A DNA stretch of 64,000 bases from Callorhinchus milii (taxonomy: Eukaryota): positions 53,260,001 through 53,324,000 of the forward strand of contig NW_024704743.1 in NCBI RefSeq assembly GCF_018977255.1. The letters are read 5' to 3'. The stretch's first letter is position 1; every line of letters begins with the position of its first letter. The position numbers and the translations under genes are program-made. This document shows, piece by piece, positions 26,501 to 35,599 of the stretch. Below the pieces are notes generated by a model that was given only the letters and a program-made list of their open reading frames with translations, was not told where the DNA came from and searched no databases.

Positions 26501-27939
26501 GGCTGAGCAGAGGGAACAGGCGGGTTAGTAGGGGGTTAGGAGGTCGCAGAGGTAGGGTGGGGCGAGGCCATGGAGGGCTTTCTAGGTGAGGACCAGGATC
26601 TTGAACTCGATCCTCTGAAGGATAGGGAGCCAATGGTGTCGGGCGAGAATGGGGAGATGGGATCACGGAGTTTGGTGCTGGAGAGGACACGGGCTGCAGA
26701 GTTCTGGATTATCTGTAGTCTGTGGAGGGAGGAGTTGGGAAGGCCGACACGTTTGCATAGTCGAGCCTAGAGGTGATGAAGGCATGAACAAGAGTTTCAG
26801 CGGCCTGAGGTGTGAGGTAGTGGCGGAGTCGGGCGATGTTATGGAGGTGAGAGAAGGCAGAGCATACAATACATAAAATAATGGCTGACAAACACCCAAT
26901 GACCTGGGCCAATAGGAAAGTGCGGCTGGACTTTTTCCGAGGAATCCGCTGCAAACTCCCCCCTCTGCTACAAACGCATCATGAACACCCCCTCCACTAC
27001 AAATCTGTACACACAGTGTGCAAGGCCCCACTACAAACCTGTACATACAGTGGGTTAGGCACCGTACCAAAATGCTGGGGTTAGGTCCCGTACCAAAATG
27101 CTGGAGCCCTCCCTCCCTGTAGCTGCTTTCTGTGTATGCCACAAATCCACCTGACTGCTTTATCATGGACTTTGTAAATGGTTAGAGGACACCTTTAAAC
27201 TGCATTCCCAGGAGCTCAGAACCATAAAGGAGGAAGTGTGCACATAGATCTTATATGCCACAACCTTGACCTGCATTGGGACTTTACTGTCTCTTTGAAG
27301 AGAGACAAGCATGACGAAAGTGCCCTTTGCCCCCTCTCTGCGTGGTCCGATAGGAAGTGTCCAAACAAATGTTGGTGTCCACAACAATCCCCAGGTATAT
27401 TTTGGTACGAAATAAGAAACAGCTTACTGGAGGCGGGTCCAGCAATAACTTACTTTGTAAAAGGGACATTTTAATTTAGCTCACATATGGTATTTGCTCT
27501 GTCTCCCTTCTTTGTGTTTCTGCTCTTGTTACTCGTGTGTTTCCAATTGTTCCACATTATATTCTTCAATGATGTTAAGCAAACCATGACTTATTAAATA
27601 GTGACATAAGTGACATTTTTAACATAAGCATCCAGGTAGGGCTTTGGTTTAACTTCACATCTAAAAATAGGCACCTTTTATGTTGATATTGGTCAAAGTG
27701 ATAGATGTAAAATTGTTTTTATTTTCTTTTATAGATATGGGATACACTGTAAGACTTTAGAAAGACACAGTGATCTATATGCACCTTCCTATGACCCTGC
27801 AAACCAGAAGTGTGTGCTCCAGTCAGATTACCTGCTCTTCAGCTGTGCAGGATCACATGAAAATTACAATCGAATTTGTCCCTGTCGAGACTACGTCAAA
27901 GGACAGGTTGCTCTCTGCCAGCACTGTTTGGAGAAATGA
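2443..27939 (+). CDS. MGAT5-like: Alpha-1,6-mannosylglycoprotein 6-beta-N-acetylglucosaminyltransferase (GnT-V/MGAT5 family), 5'-partial, 12 coding exons in window
   Basis: Join 2443-2514,3025-3186,4690-4859,6526-6660,10199-10332,11023-11156,12865-13014,15654-15800,19533-19649,21419-21493,24014-24171,27735-27939 = 1659 nt, one open frame, all GT-AG. Family motifs GGPLGELVQWSD, LDSFGTEPEFNH, PHTPDNSFLGFVVE, FVGLGFPYEGPAPLEAIANGC, CPCRDYVKGQVALC. Confidence 0.95.
3025..3186 (+). CDS. MGAT5-like: MGAT5-like exon (VQILASLEG...KQNLEHQPKKK)
   Basis: ttag|GTA...AAG|gtacat; 162 nt. Confidence 0.9.
3550..4500 (-). mobile_element. Decayed L2-clade LINE fragments (3' tail plus endonuclease/linker pieces)
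   Basis: Tail caacaacttgcattcatatagcacc; minus-strand translation LIITHGL..ITDKAISDHFFI (APE endonuclease C-terminus); a + strand tail remnant at ~4458-4498. Confidence 0.75.
4690..4859 (+). CDS. MGAT5-like: MGAT5-like exon with catalytic GGPLGELVQWSD motif
   Basis: tttgaag|ATT...AAAAG|gtaaaa; 170 nt; ILLHLGLLTKESGFKIAENAFKGGPLGELVQWSDL. Confidence 0.95.
6526..6660 (+). CDS. MGAT5-like: MGAT5-like exon (...GCPIRGEKLLDLIYIDIVGL...HY)
   Basis: gttag|T...CG|gtaaga; 135 nt, phase 2/2. Confidence 0.93.
6949..7273 (+). mobile_element. tRNA(Ala)-headed DeuSINE, full length
   Basis: A box TAGCTCAGTGG, B box GTTCAATTCC, TGC anticodon-like loop; Deu-type core ctgtttgtgggacattgctgtgcgcaattggctgccgcg; tail gtgaaaagcgcaatatcaaatgcaagg(att)n; many copies in window. 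Confidence 0.9.
8735..9270 (-). mobile_element. Old L2-clade LINE/SINE-tail fragments
   Basis: Tail acaatatacatttatgtagcacc; degenerate YADD-region (gagttgggtgctatccgcatacat) and purine-rich L2-like strand. Confidence 0.6.
9457..9628. repeat. Palindromic non-autonomous element (Penelope-associated type)
   Basis: 38-bp inverted arms 9457-9494 / 9564-9601 (2 mismatches); related partial copy at ~34476-34720. Confidence 0.7.
10199..10332 (+). CDS. MGAT5-like: MGAT5-like exon (CVLRVLDSFGTEPEFNH...QFYNMF)
   Basis: ctttgtag|G...TTTC|gtaagt; 134 nt. Confidence 0.95.
10489..10688 (+). mobile_element. DeuSINE 5' part (long-linker variant)
   Basis: tRNA-like head followed by the agcagtaagtaggaacc...ttagtcgattgg linker also seen at ~59285-59350 and, reversed, ~57340-57378. 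Confidence 0.8.
11023..11156 (+). CDS. MGAT5-like: MGAT5-like exon (PHTPDNSFLGFVVEQH...LVYGKLAEYWE)
   Basis: tttacag|CC...GAG|gtatgc; 134 nt. Confidence 0.95.
12483..12684 (+). repeat. ~200-bp local direct repeat, copy 1
   Basis: Colinear with 14240-14447 (atacatgagca...gaaataagtaaata). Confidence 0.9.
12865..13014 (+). CDS. MGAT5-like: MGAT5-like exon (DKTSYLDIV...NHGILNGLNLQLLLSKSK)
   Basis: ttttcacag|GAT...AAG|gttcgt; 150 nt. Confidence 0.93.
14240..14447 (+). repeat. ~200-bp local direct repeat, copy 2
   Basis: Colinear with 12483-12684, scattered substitutions and small indels. Confidence 0.9.
15654..15800 (+). CDS. MGAT5-like: MGAT5-like exon (VFVGLGFPYEGPAPLEAIANGC...KPTFRE)
   Basis: cctttag|GTC...GAG|gtatgc; 147 nt. 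Confidence 0.95.
16083..16440 (-). mobile_element. L2-clade LINE 3' fragment
   Basis: Tail tacaatacaaaattatatttgtaaagcgc and 3' body similar to 24415-24800, 26212-26520 and 54470-54830. Confidence 0.8.
17805..18980 (+). mobile_element. L2-clade LINE, RT C-terminal half to 3' tail, internally deleted
   Basis: [48 protein letters not shown]; tail gtgaaaggtgccatacaaatgtaattttgtggttgtt. Confidence 0.9.
19533..19649 (+). CDS. MGAT5-like: MGAT5-like exon (LSSQHPYAEIYIGKPHVWTVD...ELQ)
   Basis: ctgacag|CTA...CAG|gtaatt; 117 nt. Confidence 0.95.
19788..20640 (-). mobile_element. Older L2-clade LINE 3' fragment
   Basis: IDFKIL..YKLLNGLATPYLSDLL; tail caacaacaacttgcattt. Confidence 0.8.
21419..21493 (+). 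CDS. MGAT5-like: MGAT5-like exon (VEPYLPYEFTNEGMLERLNWFIAKQ)
   Basis: aaacag|GTT...CAG|gtaagt; 75 nt. Confidence 0.95.
22508..22644 (-). mobile_element. 5'-truncated DeuSINE inserted in an older L2 3' fragment
   Basis: (aat)n ccttgcatttgatatagcgcttttcacgtcggga...caattgcgcac, reverse complement of the SINE 3' half. Confidence 0.9.
24014..24171 (+). CDS. MGAT5-like: MGAT5-like exon (DFCRQREIWPPLTAL...CQESQLICEPAFFYHLNK)
   Basis: gctccag|GAT...GAGAG|gtaact; 158 nt. Confidence 0.95.
24306..25995 (-). mobile_element. L2-clade LINE, RT region with internal deletions and tandem tails
   Basis: CSLDPIPSHLL, PNLPFVSKVFERVV, LSAAFDTMDH, FITSRLNCANALL. Confidence 0.9.
26212..26865 (-). mobile_element. 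L2-clade LINE 3' fragment
   Basis: HLHNIARLRHYLTPQAAETLVHAFITSRLDYAN; tail acaacaacaacaaaatcacatttgtatagtgcc. Confidence 0.9.
27735..27939 (+). CDS. MGAT5-like: MGAT5-like terminal coding exon (YGIHC...LLFSCAGSH...CPCRDYVKGQVALCQHCLEK*)
   Basis: ttttatag|A...; TGA at 27937-27939. Confidence 0.95.
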
Positions 27940-30178
27940 TTGCACAGCTAATCTACTTTGTTTACAGAAGCAAAACATACTGCTGTCAAATGGTTTATCA
28001 AAAGGGAAATCAATAGCAAACGTACGCAAGCGAAAACATAATGACTTTTTATAAAAGAAAAATGAGTGAACCAAAAAACTATTATATAAGATCAAGTCTT
28101 AAATTTCAAAGATGAAATCAGATTATTTGTGGAGAAAAAGTATTAATCTGGGAAATCTGTTTATAAAACAGACTAATATTTGTCTCGAAAGCTCCATATA
28201 GCAAACTGTCCTGGTAATCATTCCACAGAGAAACGTACATGCAATGTATTATATTTAATTCCTAAAGGAGAACATTTATAGGTGACTTTATGCCATTTAG
28301 CTTTATGTCATCTATAGTTTGGTCTATAAGACGTTAAATATGTAGAGACATTGTGGCTTTCTCTTGCCTTTAAAAAGTAGATGTTTACCATGTTCTACAA
28401 CTCTCTCCTCTTCCACTAACCTCATCACCACTCACCCAACCTATATCAACCAAGCAAAGTGATTTTTCCATTCGATCTGGGAAAGTATGGCAGCCAGATA
28501 TATAGGGTATTTTCTACTGAGTAATATAATTACTAGCCTTAATTATGTTTTACACAAGGTTCAGAGGAACCAGCGGAATGTTTCACACATAGTTGCAAAC
28601 TGCAACTTTAAAAAAGCTGTTTGTCATTGCGGCTCATAAACACAAAATTTCTATACATTGGGACCTTATCCAACATTGTAGAACTGTATGTTCTACAATG
28701 CAACTCCACCATGAAATATCATTGTACACACAGAAAATGCATTGCTGAGATTCTGGGAAAATTCTGTACTTTTATAACAGGATAATAGGGTCTGATACAC
28801 AACAATCTGTAACAGGAGTTGCAGATAGTAGAGTAATTAAAAGTTGTGTAACTGATCCAGATTTGTGCGTAAGTAAGAACCAAAATGCAGTGAGATTCTG
28901 CTGACTCTCCTTCAACAATTTTAATAGCAAACTCCAATATTATTTCAAGATTATGTGTTTGGTTTAATTTAGTTGGTTTATTTAGACTGCAAACACTTAT
29001 TTATTTTTAACCTAGTCACAAGAATGTATGCACTTAACGTCACAAATTGCCGTCTGGAGCTGCTGCAGGAACCCAAGCCTGCAAGTATTCTGAAATGTGT
29101 TCTGTTTACCCTGCATAGTAGAATCTGGCAGCAACTCAGAAACAACTGCACTTATGTATTCTCATGCATTCACAGCTGTTTCAAGGGCACAAACTGAACT
29201 TTAATTTCTGGCTGAGGACCTTTTCTGCTCTGTTGGGATGTTCTTTTTCAGTGAGTGACATGAATTGGCATGTGTGAACTGGCGTCACCTACTGACAGAA
29301 ATAAATGGTGGCATGCGTAGCTTATACAGTTTTTCTCTAAAGCGACAGCACCACCATGTGCTCAGTCCCATTGCAGGCAGTGCTATCACCTTATTTTCTG
29401 ATAACAACACTGCACTTTCAAGGAATAATAAATGCCACCTTACTTGTGGCAATTTGTGTTTCCCCTGCCCTTCCACACTGTTCATTGTTAGTCAATGGAT
29501 ATGTATGACAATACATAATAAATTAATCTCGTCCACGGCTTCTAAGGTAAAGACCTACCTAAAAATTGCTGTGTGATTTCCTCCTCTTAAATGTTTTGCT
29601 GTGTGATTACACAGTTGTAGAAAAATGGTAAATATGATACTTCCTTGAAAATTGCTAACCTCGGTACTATGTTTACAATGTTAAATTAATGTGTTTTAGT
29701 AATGTGAATACTACTGTTTTTTCCTCTGGCCATCCATCCTCCCAACATGGAAACTGTATCAAAACAAAAGTTATTTTTGTCACGTTTAAAGGTAATTTAA
29801 ATGGGAACTTATTTTGCAATATTTCTTAATGTGATTTCTTACTAAAGAATCCGGTTAAAATGTCTTCAAACCATAGAAGCTCCATCACAAAATAAATCAG
29901 AAAATAAATCATATCAGAAAAGGGCTCCTGTGGATCAGGGTGATGTAGCTTCAATTAGCAGAAGACAGCCCCATTTCTAGCTTATCAATGAAGACTTGAG
30001 AATTACTACAATTTAGATCCCTATATATGTTAGTGGTGCTTTCCCCTGCCCTTGATGAAATATAGTACTATAATTGAAGCTGTGCGTTAGATTGGAATAA
30101 AATAATTTTGCATTTGATATAGCGCTTTTCACATTAGGAGGATATCTCAAAGAGCTTCACAGGATACGCTGTAAAGTG

Positions 30179-30248
30179 GTAACTGTATTTCATAGGTAAA
30201 TGAAGACTGAACCAGAAGACTGAATTGTTTAACTAGTTAAATAGTTGA
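30179..30248 (+). repeat. ~70-bp direct repeat, copy 1 (copy 2 at 31429-31503)
   Basis: gtaactgtatttcataggtaaatgRagactgaaccagaagWctgaatt shared by both copies. Confidence 0.85.
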
Positions 30249-33200
30249 GCAAACTGAAATTATTTTATTTCACAGCAGTCTTCTCATAAATGCACAATTA
30301 TGATTGATAAACTGTTTAGAATTAGCTATGAGTTTAAAAAAGGGTGTTATTATCAAAACAATCTCACTCACAAGTTATCCCTCTGCAACCAGTGGTTTTC
30401 TTTTCTGTCTGTAAGTGGAATAATTCATCAGATGGGCATTTGCATTCCACCTGGAAGGACGAACTATGAGTAGAAAAGGATTGTTCCCATAGTTCTCCTT
30501 TTTCCAGTTCATACCAAATTTGGAAAAACATTTCCTCACAGAAAAAGCATAAATCCAGCTGAGATGGGTTAAAATCTCAGCATTAGCTCATTGGTAGGAT
30601 CATATTTAGAAAGCTCTATGCAGTTTTGGCATCCTACCTTCAAACGAAAATTAGAGTTGGAGGGAGTTCAATGAATTATGTCAGACATAAAGTTCTAAAC
30701 TATGGGGATAGGCTTGCAGAGCTGAATCCGTCCTTATTAGCAAAACATATTTTTAGGTAGAACATGCTTCAGGTGTTTTAAATAAGAGGCATAACTAACA
30801 ATAGCCCTGTTTGAACTTGCAACCTGCAAAGAGAAGTAAAATACCAGGTTTACAATTAAAAAGTTTCAAAAACTAGAGATCAGAAGAACTTTTGCGGTGT
30901 ATATTGAGTGCAGAATCTCAACACAGTGCTGATTAACTTTTCTTAAGGGAAATACTTATTTGCTTGAAAACAGAATGGGATGATCTGGGGATATTGTAGA
31001 TTCATGGGGCACAATAATGCTGGGATAAGGGGACATGACTCCTATCTGTGGAGAGATGGTGGTTGAGGTTTGTACAGTGGTGACCGATGAATGTTCTACA
31101 ATTTTTCACTTTACTTTTTAAATTGTTATGTGGTTTTATTTCAGTTAAATATTTTGTGGTATATTCTGTGTTTACAGCTTTTTAAAAAATATTTCTTATT
31201 TGTTTCTTGTAAATGTTGTCAAGATTGTCCTCCCATTAATGCTGGCCAGACAATAAATACAGGGGAAAATAAGATCATTTGGGGTATGCTGACAGTGTCC
31301 AAGATAAATAGTTAGCACTATTGAATTATATTCAAGAGGCTTGCATAACTGAATGTGTCATTAGAGAAATTAGTGGTGCTATAGATATTTCACTTAGACA
31401 CTCAAAAGTATATAAAGTATATACTTTTGTAACTGTATTTCATAGGTAAATGGAGACTGAACCAGAAGTCTGAATTATTTAAATACTGTAGTTAAATATT
31501 TGAATAAGAACATGACATAGGCCTGTTTTTAAAACAATCACTATCTAAAAATAATTGATATTTCTATTTTATTTCATAGCAATTATCATCAACAATTATC
31601 AAGTAACATCAGGATATGTTCTACCATGTCATGAATTATACCTGTTAGATGTAGAAAGCATATTTGTTACACATAGTGCAAGCAGTTAAATGTTTATATA
31701 GATCTGTTTTAGTTAGACTGGCCTTTTCTAATTAAAAAATAATTGCTGAAAATGAATTGATTAATATGTCAATACACTGAAGTGGCTAACTACTGCTTAA
31801 ATCCCCATATGCCTTTTAACTGTTATGAATCTTTACTCCATTGTCATTACACTGTCTTATTTAGGTAGTCTTTTTTTTTCTGGTAAGAATTATAATTAAA
31901 TAATGTTAATATAGAATGCATGAACCTCATTCCTATATGCACTTATCCCTGTATCATTTAAACTTCATTGCTCGAATGGGGAAAATATTGCAACATCAGT
32001 GTATCCATATATCTGTTAGTAAAGAAAAATATTACCCCAATCAAGCAGCCTTCATATGTAACAATTAAAGGGAAAAATTATACCTGGGTATAGATTTACA
32101 GTTTTTATGTAACATTATCCAGAATTTGACAAATTGTTGAATTCTCTTTCTCCTTTAATGTATTACAGAAAGATTGATATTAATTTGTGTGACCTGCAGT
32201 TACCATATGTTAATTGTTGCAAACTACTGTATTTAATGCATTTATTTTTGATAATTTACAATTTGTTATAAAGTTATTTAAATATTTGACTGTTTGGTAA
32301 GATGTAATGGTATTTACATGGTTTTCGCCTGGTGAGAGAGGACTTGATCTCCCTAGTTTTAAAAAAAAGTTTCATACAAAATAAGTAGCTGAATTGTAGT
32401 TTTAATATTTATAAGCAATGGTCTTTTTTCTCAGGGTGCTTTAGAAAACATTTTGTTTTAATTCATGTTACAAAAATATAAAACTAATTAGATAAGAAAA
32501 TGAAAGGGGGAAATGCAAAAGTCAAATTAAATAAAATTAAATGCTTTCAATCTGTATAATACTTCTAGTTCAGGTGGCAATGCTGAATCTGTGGACAATA
32601 TTACCAGTTTTACTTTGTCAATTTTAGCTCTGCATAAATATCATGGTCTGGAGAAAGGGAAAATGTGTTTGTGCTTGACTTGCCTGCCTGAATTTGTGCT
32701 TGTTGCTAGTGTATCAGAGAAGTCATGGTTTAGATTTGAATCTATGGTTTAGATTTTCCTGCATTTGGATTACCAACCATGAGGAGAAAAGTCACTGGGG
32801 GAAAATATTCCCCAAATAATAGTGATATATTTATTGTCTGCACTTTGTTTCAAATAAGTACTTACCTTAAATAAATTATGCTACATATTTAACGTTCATC
32901 TATGAATACATAATTATCCACATATACAGATATTAGCAATATCCATCGATAAATATTCTGCGCAGAATGAACAGCCTTATCAAAATGGACAGCTACAAAC
33001 CAAAAATCATTCACTTGTAGTTTCAGATCGAAGAAAAAAGCCTAATTGATTTAAGAGCCAATTGTCATCAATACGCGATGAAGTAGAAATCCATGCAGAA
33101 ATGTCTTACTTAGAACATTTATTTTGATAAATCTACAATTCGCTTGATGTAACCCTAAATTATAATTGAGAACATCTTGCATTTATATGGCATTTTTCAT

Positions 33201-33370
33201 GTATCATGAAGTACTCGCAAATATGGTAGGGGACACTGGGCAGAAAAGAAATCGAAGAATTAAGGATACTGACCAAAAGTCTCACGGTCAGAGATCTGCT
33301 TTCAACAGTTTTGAAGGCAGAGAGCGAGGAAGCAATTGACTCTTACTAAAACAATGCTCTGCTTTTACTG

Positions 33371-33487
33371 CAGGGTGACCAAAAAGTTGTAATACCATTA
33401 CAATGTCTAATATGTCTTAAAGAAATTATGATATTTTTGTTTGTTTTTAGATAATGGGGTAGTTATCACGACTTTTTGGTCACCCTG
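33371..33487. mobile_element. Tc1/mariner-type MITE (117 bp)
   Basis: 24-bp TIRs cagggtgaccaaaaagttgtaata / tatcacgactttttggtcaccctg (22/24); flanked by tg (likely mutated ta) and ta; AT-rich interior. Confidence 0.8.
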
Positions 33488-33803
33488 TAGTTGTGTACAG
33501 TAGTATATGGAAATGAGTTTAAAAATATCTCAGCTAAATTTAGTGTAAAGAGAAACAATTTTATAAAAATGAAGCGTTGTAAGCCAAAATTATTCATAGT
33601 TTGTAATTTTTGATTTGCTTAAATTGTTTTTATACTGAATGATCGCAAGATATTACTTTGACAGATTCTACTTATTTTATTTGATTCCCATATTTCTAAT
33701 GTTTTTGCCAATTGAGACATTTTAATGTATTTTTAATACAATATAGCAATGGTATACCACCAGATATCATCAGTACTTTATTTGTTATGTTGCATATAGT
33801 TTC

Positions 33804-33898
33804 AAAGCCTTTATTTTCATTAAAATACTATATTATTTTGTCTTACTTGTAAACCTTTTATTTTCAATAAAATACTATATTAATTTGTGTTACTTTGT
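33804..33898 (+). repeat. Two-copy ~47-bp AT-rich tandem duplication
   Basis: tttattttcaWtaaaatactatattaWtttgtSttactt occurs twice. Confidence 0.75.
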
Positions 33899-34568
33899 GT
33901 TGACTCTGTTTCCATCTTCTCCCCTGGCCTTCTGTTTCTCACACTTTCTGGTCACCCACATGGAAACTCATCACCATGCTTAAGAGCATCTTGATCCATA
34001 CCAAACTACAGAGGCATGGAAATTTCACTTTGTCTAAAATTCTAGCAACCTTCCAGTGGCTTTTCTAGTGTGAACTACCCTTGCAGGTTTAACAGTTGGT
34101 CTTGGAAGCTTAATAGGAAACATGTGGAAAGAATCCTTGCCCCCAGTGACTGACATGCTTTTCCAAGTCGTACTGACGAACTAGACTTGCTGTTCTGTCA
34201 CCAAAAGTGCCTTGATTCTGGAATTGGACCACAGGGATCATCATAGAGTAACATTTAAATTGTGAAGCACCTCACCTTGAAACCAAATCAGGCTCAGATA
34301 TTACTTGCTTTCCCCTGCACCCAAGGATGATAATCAAAAGTCTGTTATTAAGCAGGTGAAACCATAAATTTAACCTCTAGTATCTATTTCTTCCTATTCC
34401 TCTCTTTTTCTCTTTATCTCTCCACTTCCAGGGCCTTGGCATGAAATTCCGACGTGAACGGGCTATACCAATGCAAAACAAAAACAGAAGTGGCTGGGAA
34501 CACTCAGCAGGTCAGGCAGCATCTATTGATAAAGCAAAGTGAGTCAACGTTTTGGGTCCACGACCTTT

Positions 34569-34707
34569 AATAATAATAATAATAATAATCCTTGCATTTG
34601 ATATAGCGCTTTTCACGTCGGGAGGACGTCCCAAAGCGCTTCACAGAACACACTGTAAAGTGAATTGACTGTATATTTGTGGACGAACGCGGCAGCCAAT
34701 TGCGCAC
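34569..34707 (-). mobile_element. 5'-truncated DeuSINE inserted in a Penelope-type element
   Basis: Near-identical to 22508-22644. Confidence 0.9.
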
Positions 34708-35115
34708 GTCAGAACTGGACAAATGCAATTTGTGGTGGTGTATTCCCTTTGCTTCTCCCTTTTCCTCTCATTTCTTTTCAATATTCTCATTTTTTTCTCT
34801 CTATTCCTTTCTTCCTCTATATAGAGTATGCTTCTTGCTTTCTCTCTGTCTATTCCTCTCCTGGTATCTATTTTTCTCACTATTCTCTTTTACTATATTC
34901 TCTCTGTCTCCACTCCTACCTGTTTCTCTATCCTCTTTCTTGATCTATCATGGAAGATGATGCATCAATCCATTCCACTGCCTTTTTCTCCTTTTCCCTT
35001 AAAGGCCTTACTTCCCAATCTTAATTTCAAATATCCCAATCTATTCTGTATTGATGACCTTCTGGTCCAGTATTCGACACTGTGTTCAACATTCCCACAA
35101 ACCTTTCTTTAGGTT

Positions 35116-35305
35116 TAATAATCCCTCCCAAAACAATAATAAATTGGTCATTTTCAATCCACGACTGTTTGTGGGACACTGTTGTGCGCAATTGTCTGCC
35201 GCGTTCGCCCACAAATATACAGTCAATTCACTTTACAGTGTGTTCTGTGAAGCGCTTTGGGACGTCCTCCTGACGTGAAAAGCGCTATATCAAAATGCAA
35301 GGATT
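35116..35305 (+). mobile_element. DeuSINE lacking the tRNA head
   Basis: aataatccctcccaaaacaataataaattggtcatttt...gtgaaaagcgctatatcaaaatgcaagg. Confidence 0.9.
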
Positions 35306-35599
35306 TTTGCCTTGGTCCCTTGGACTTGCTTAGCATGGACAGGGCATCCCACCGGCCCCAGCGAAAAGCTCACATCCTATATTCAACGCTTGTGGATTTG
35401 GTTTCTCGGTCGCCCCGAGGGAAACCTTATTCATAGGCACTGTAAATTAGGTACATAGGAAACGGTATTTGCCGGTTTCTGAAGTTCAGAACCCAATTCG
35501 TTAAATATAACAAAACTCTCAATGTGTGGCATCAATCAATGCACAGCCCATCAGCTTTGTGCATTCTTTCACTCTCACTGAAGGCAGTGACGTTGCTCT

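Noticed and set aside
30096..30101. AATAAA as the MGAT5-like poly(A) site
   Set aside because: It lies in the A/T-rich tail of an antisense SINE fragment, and other AATAAA hexamers (e.g. 29300) exist, so the 3' end cannot be assigned from sequence alone.
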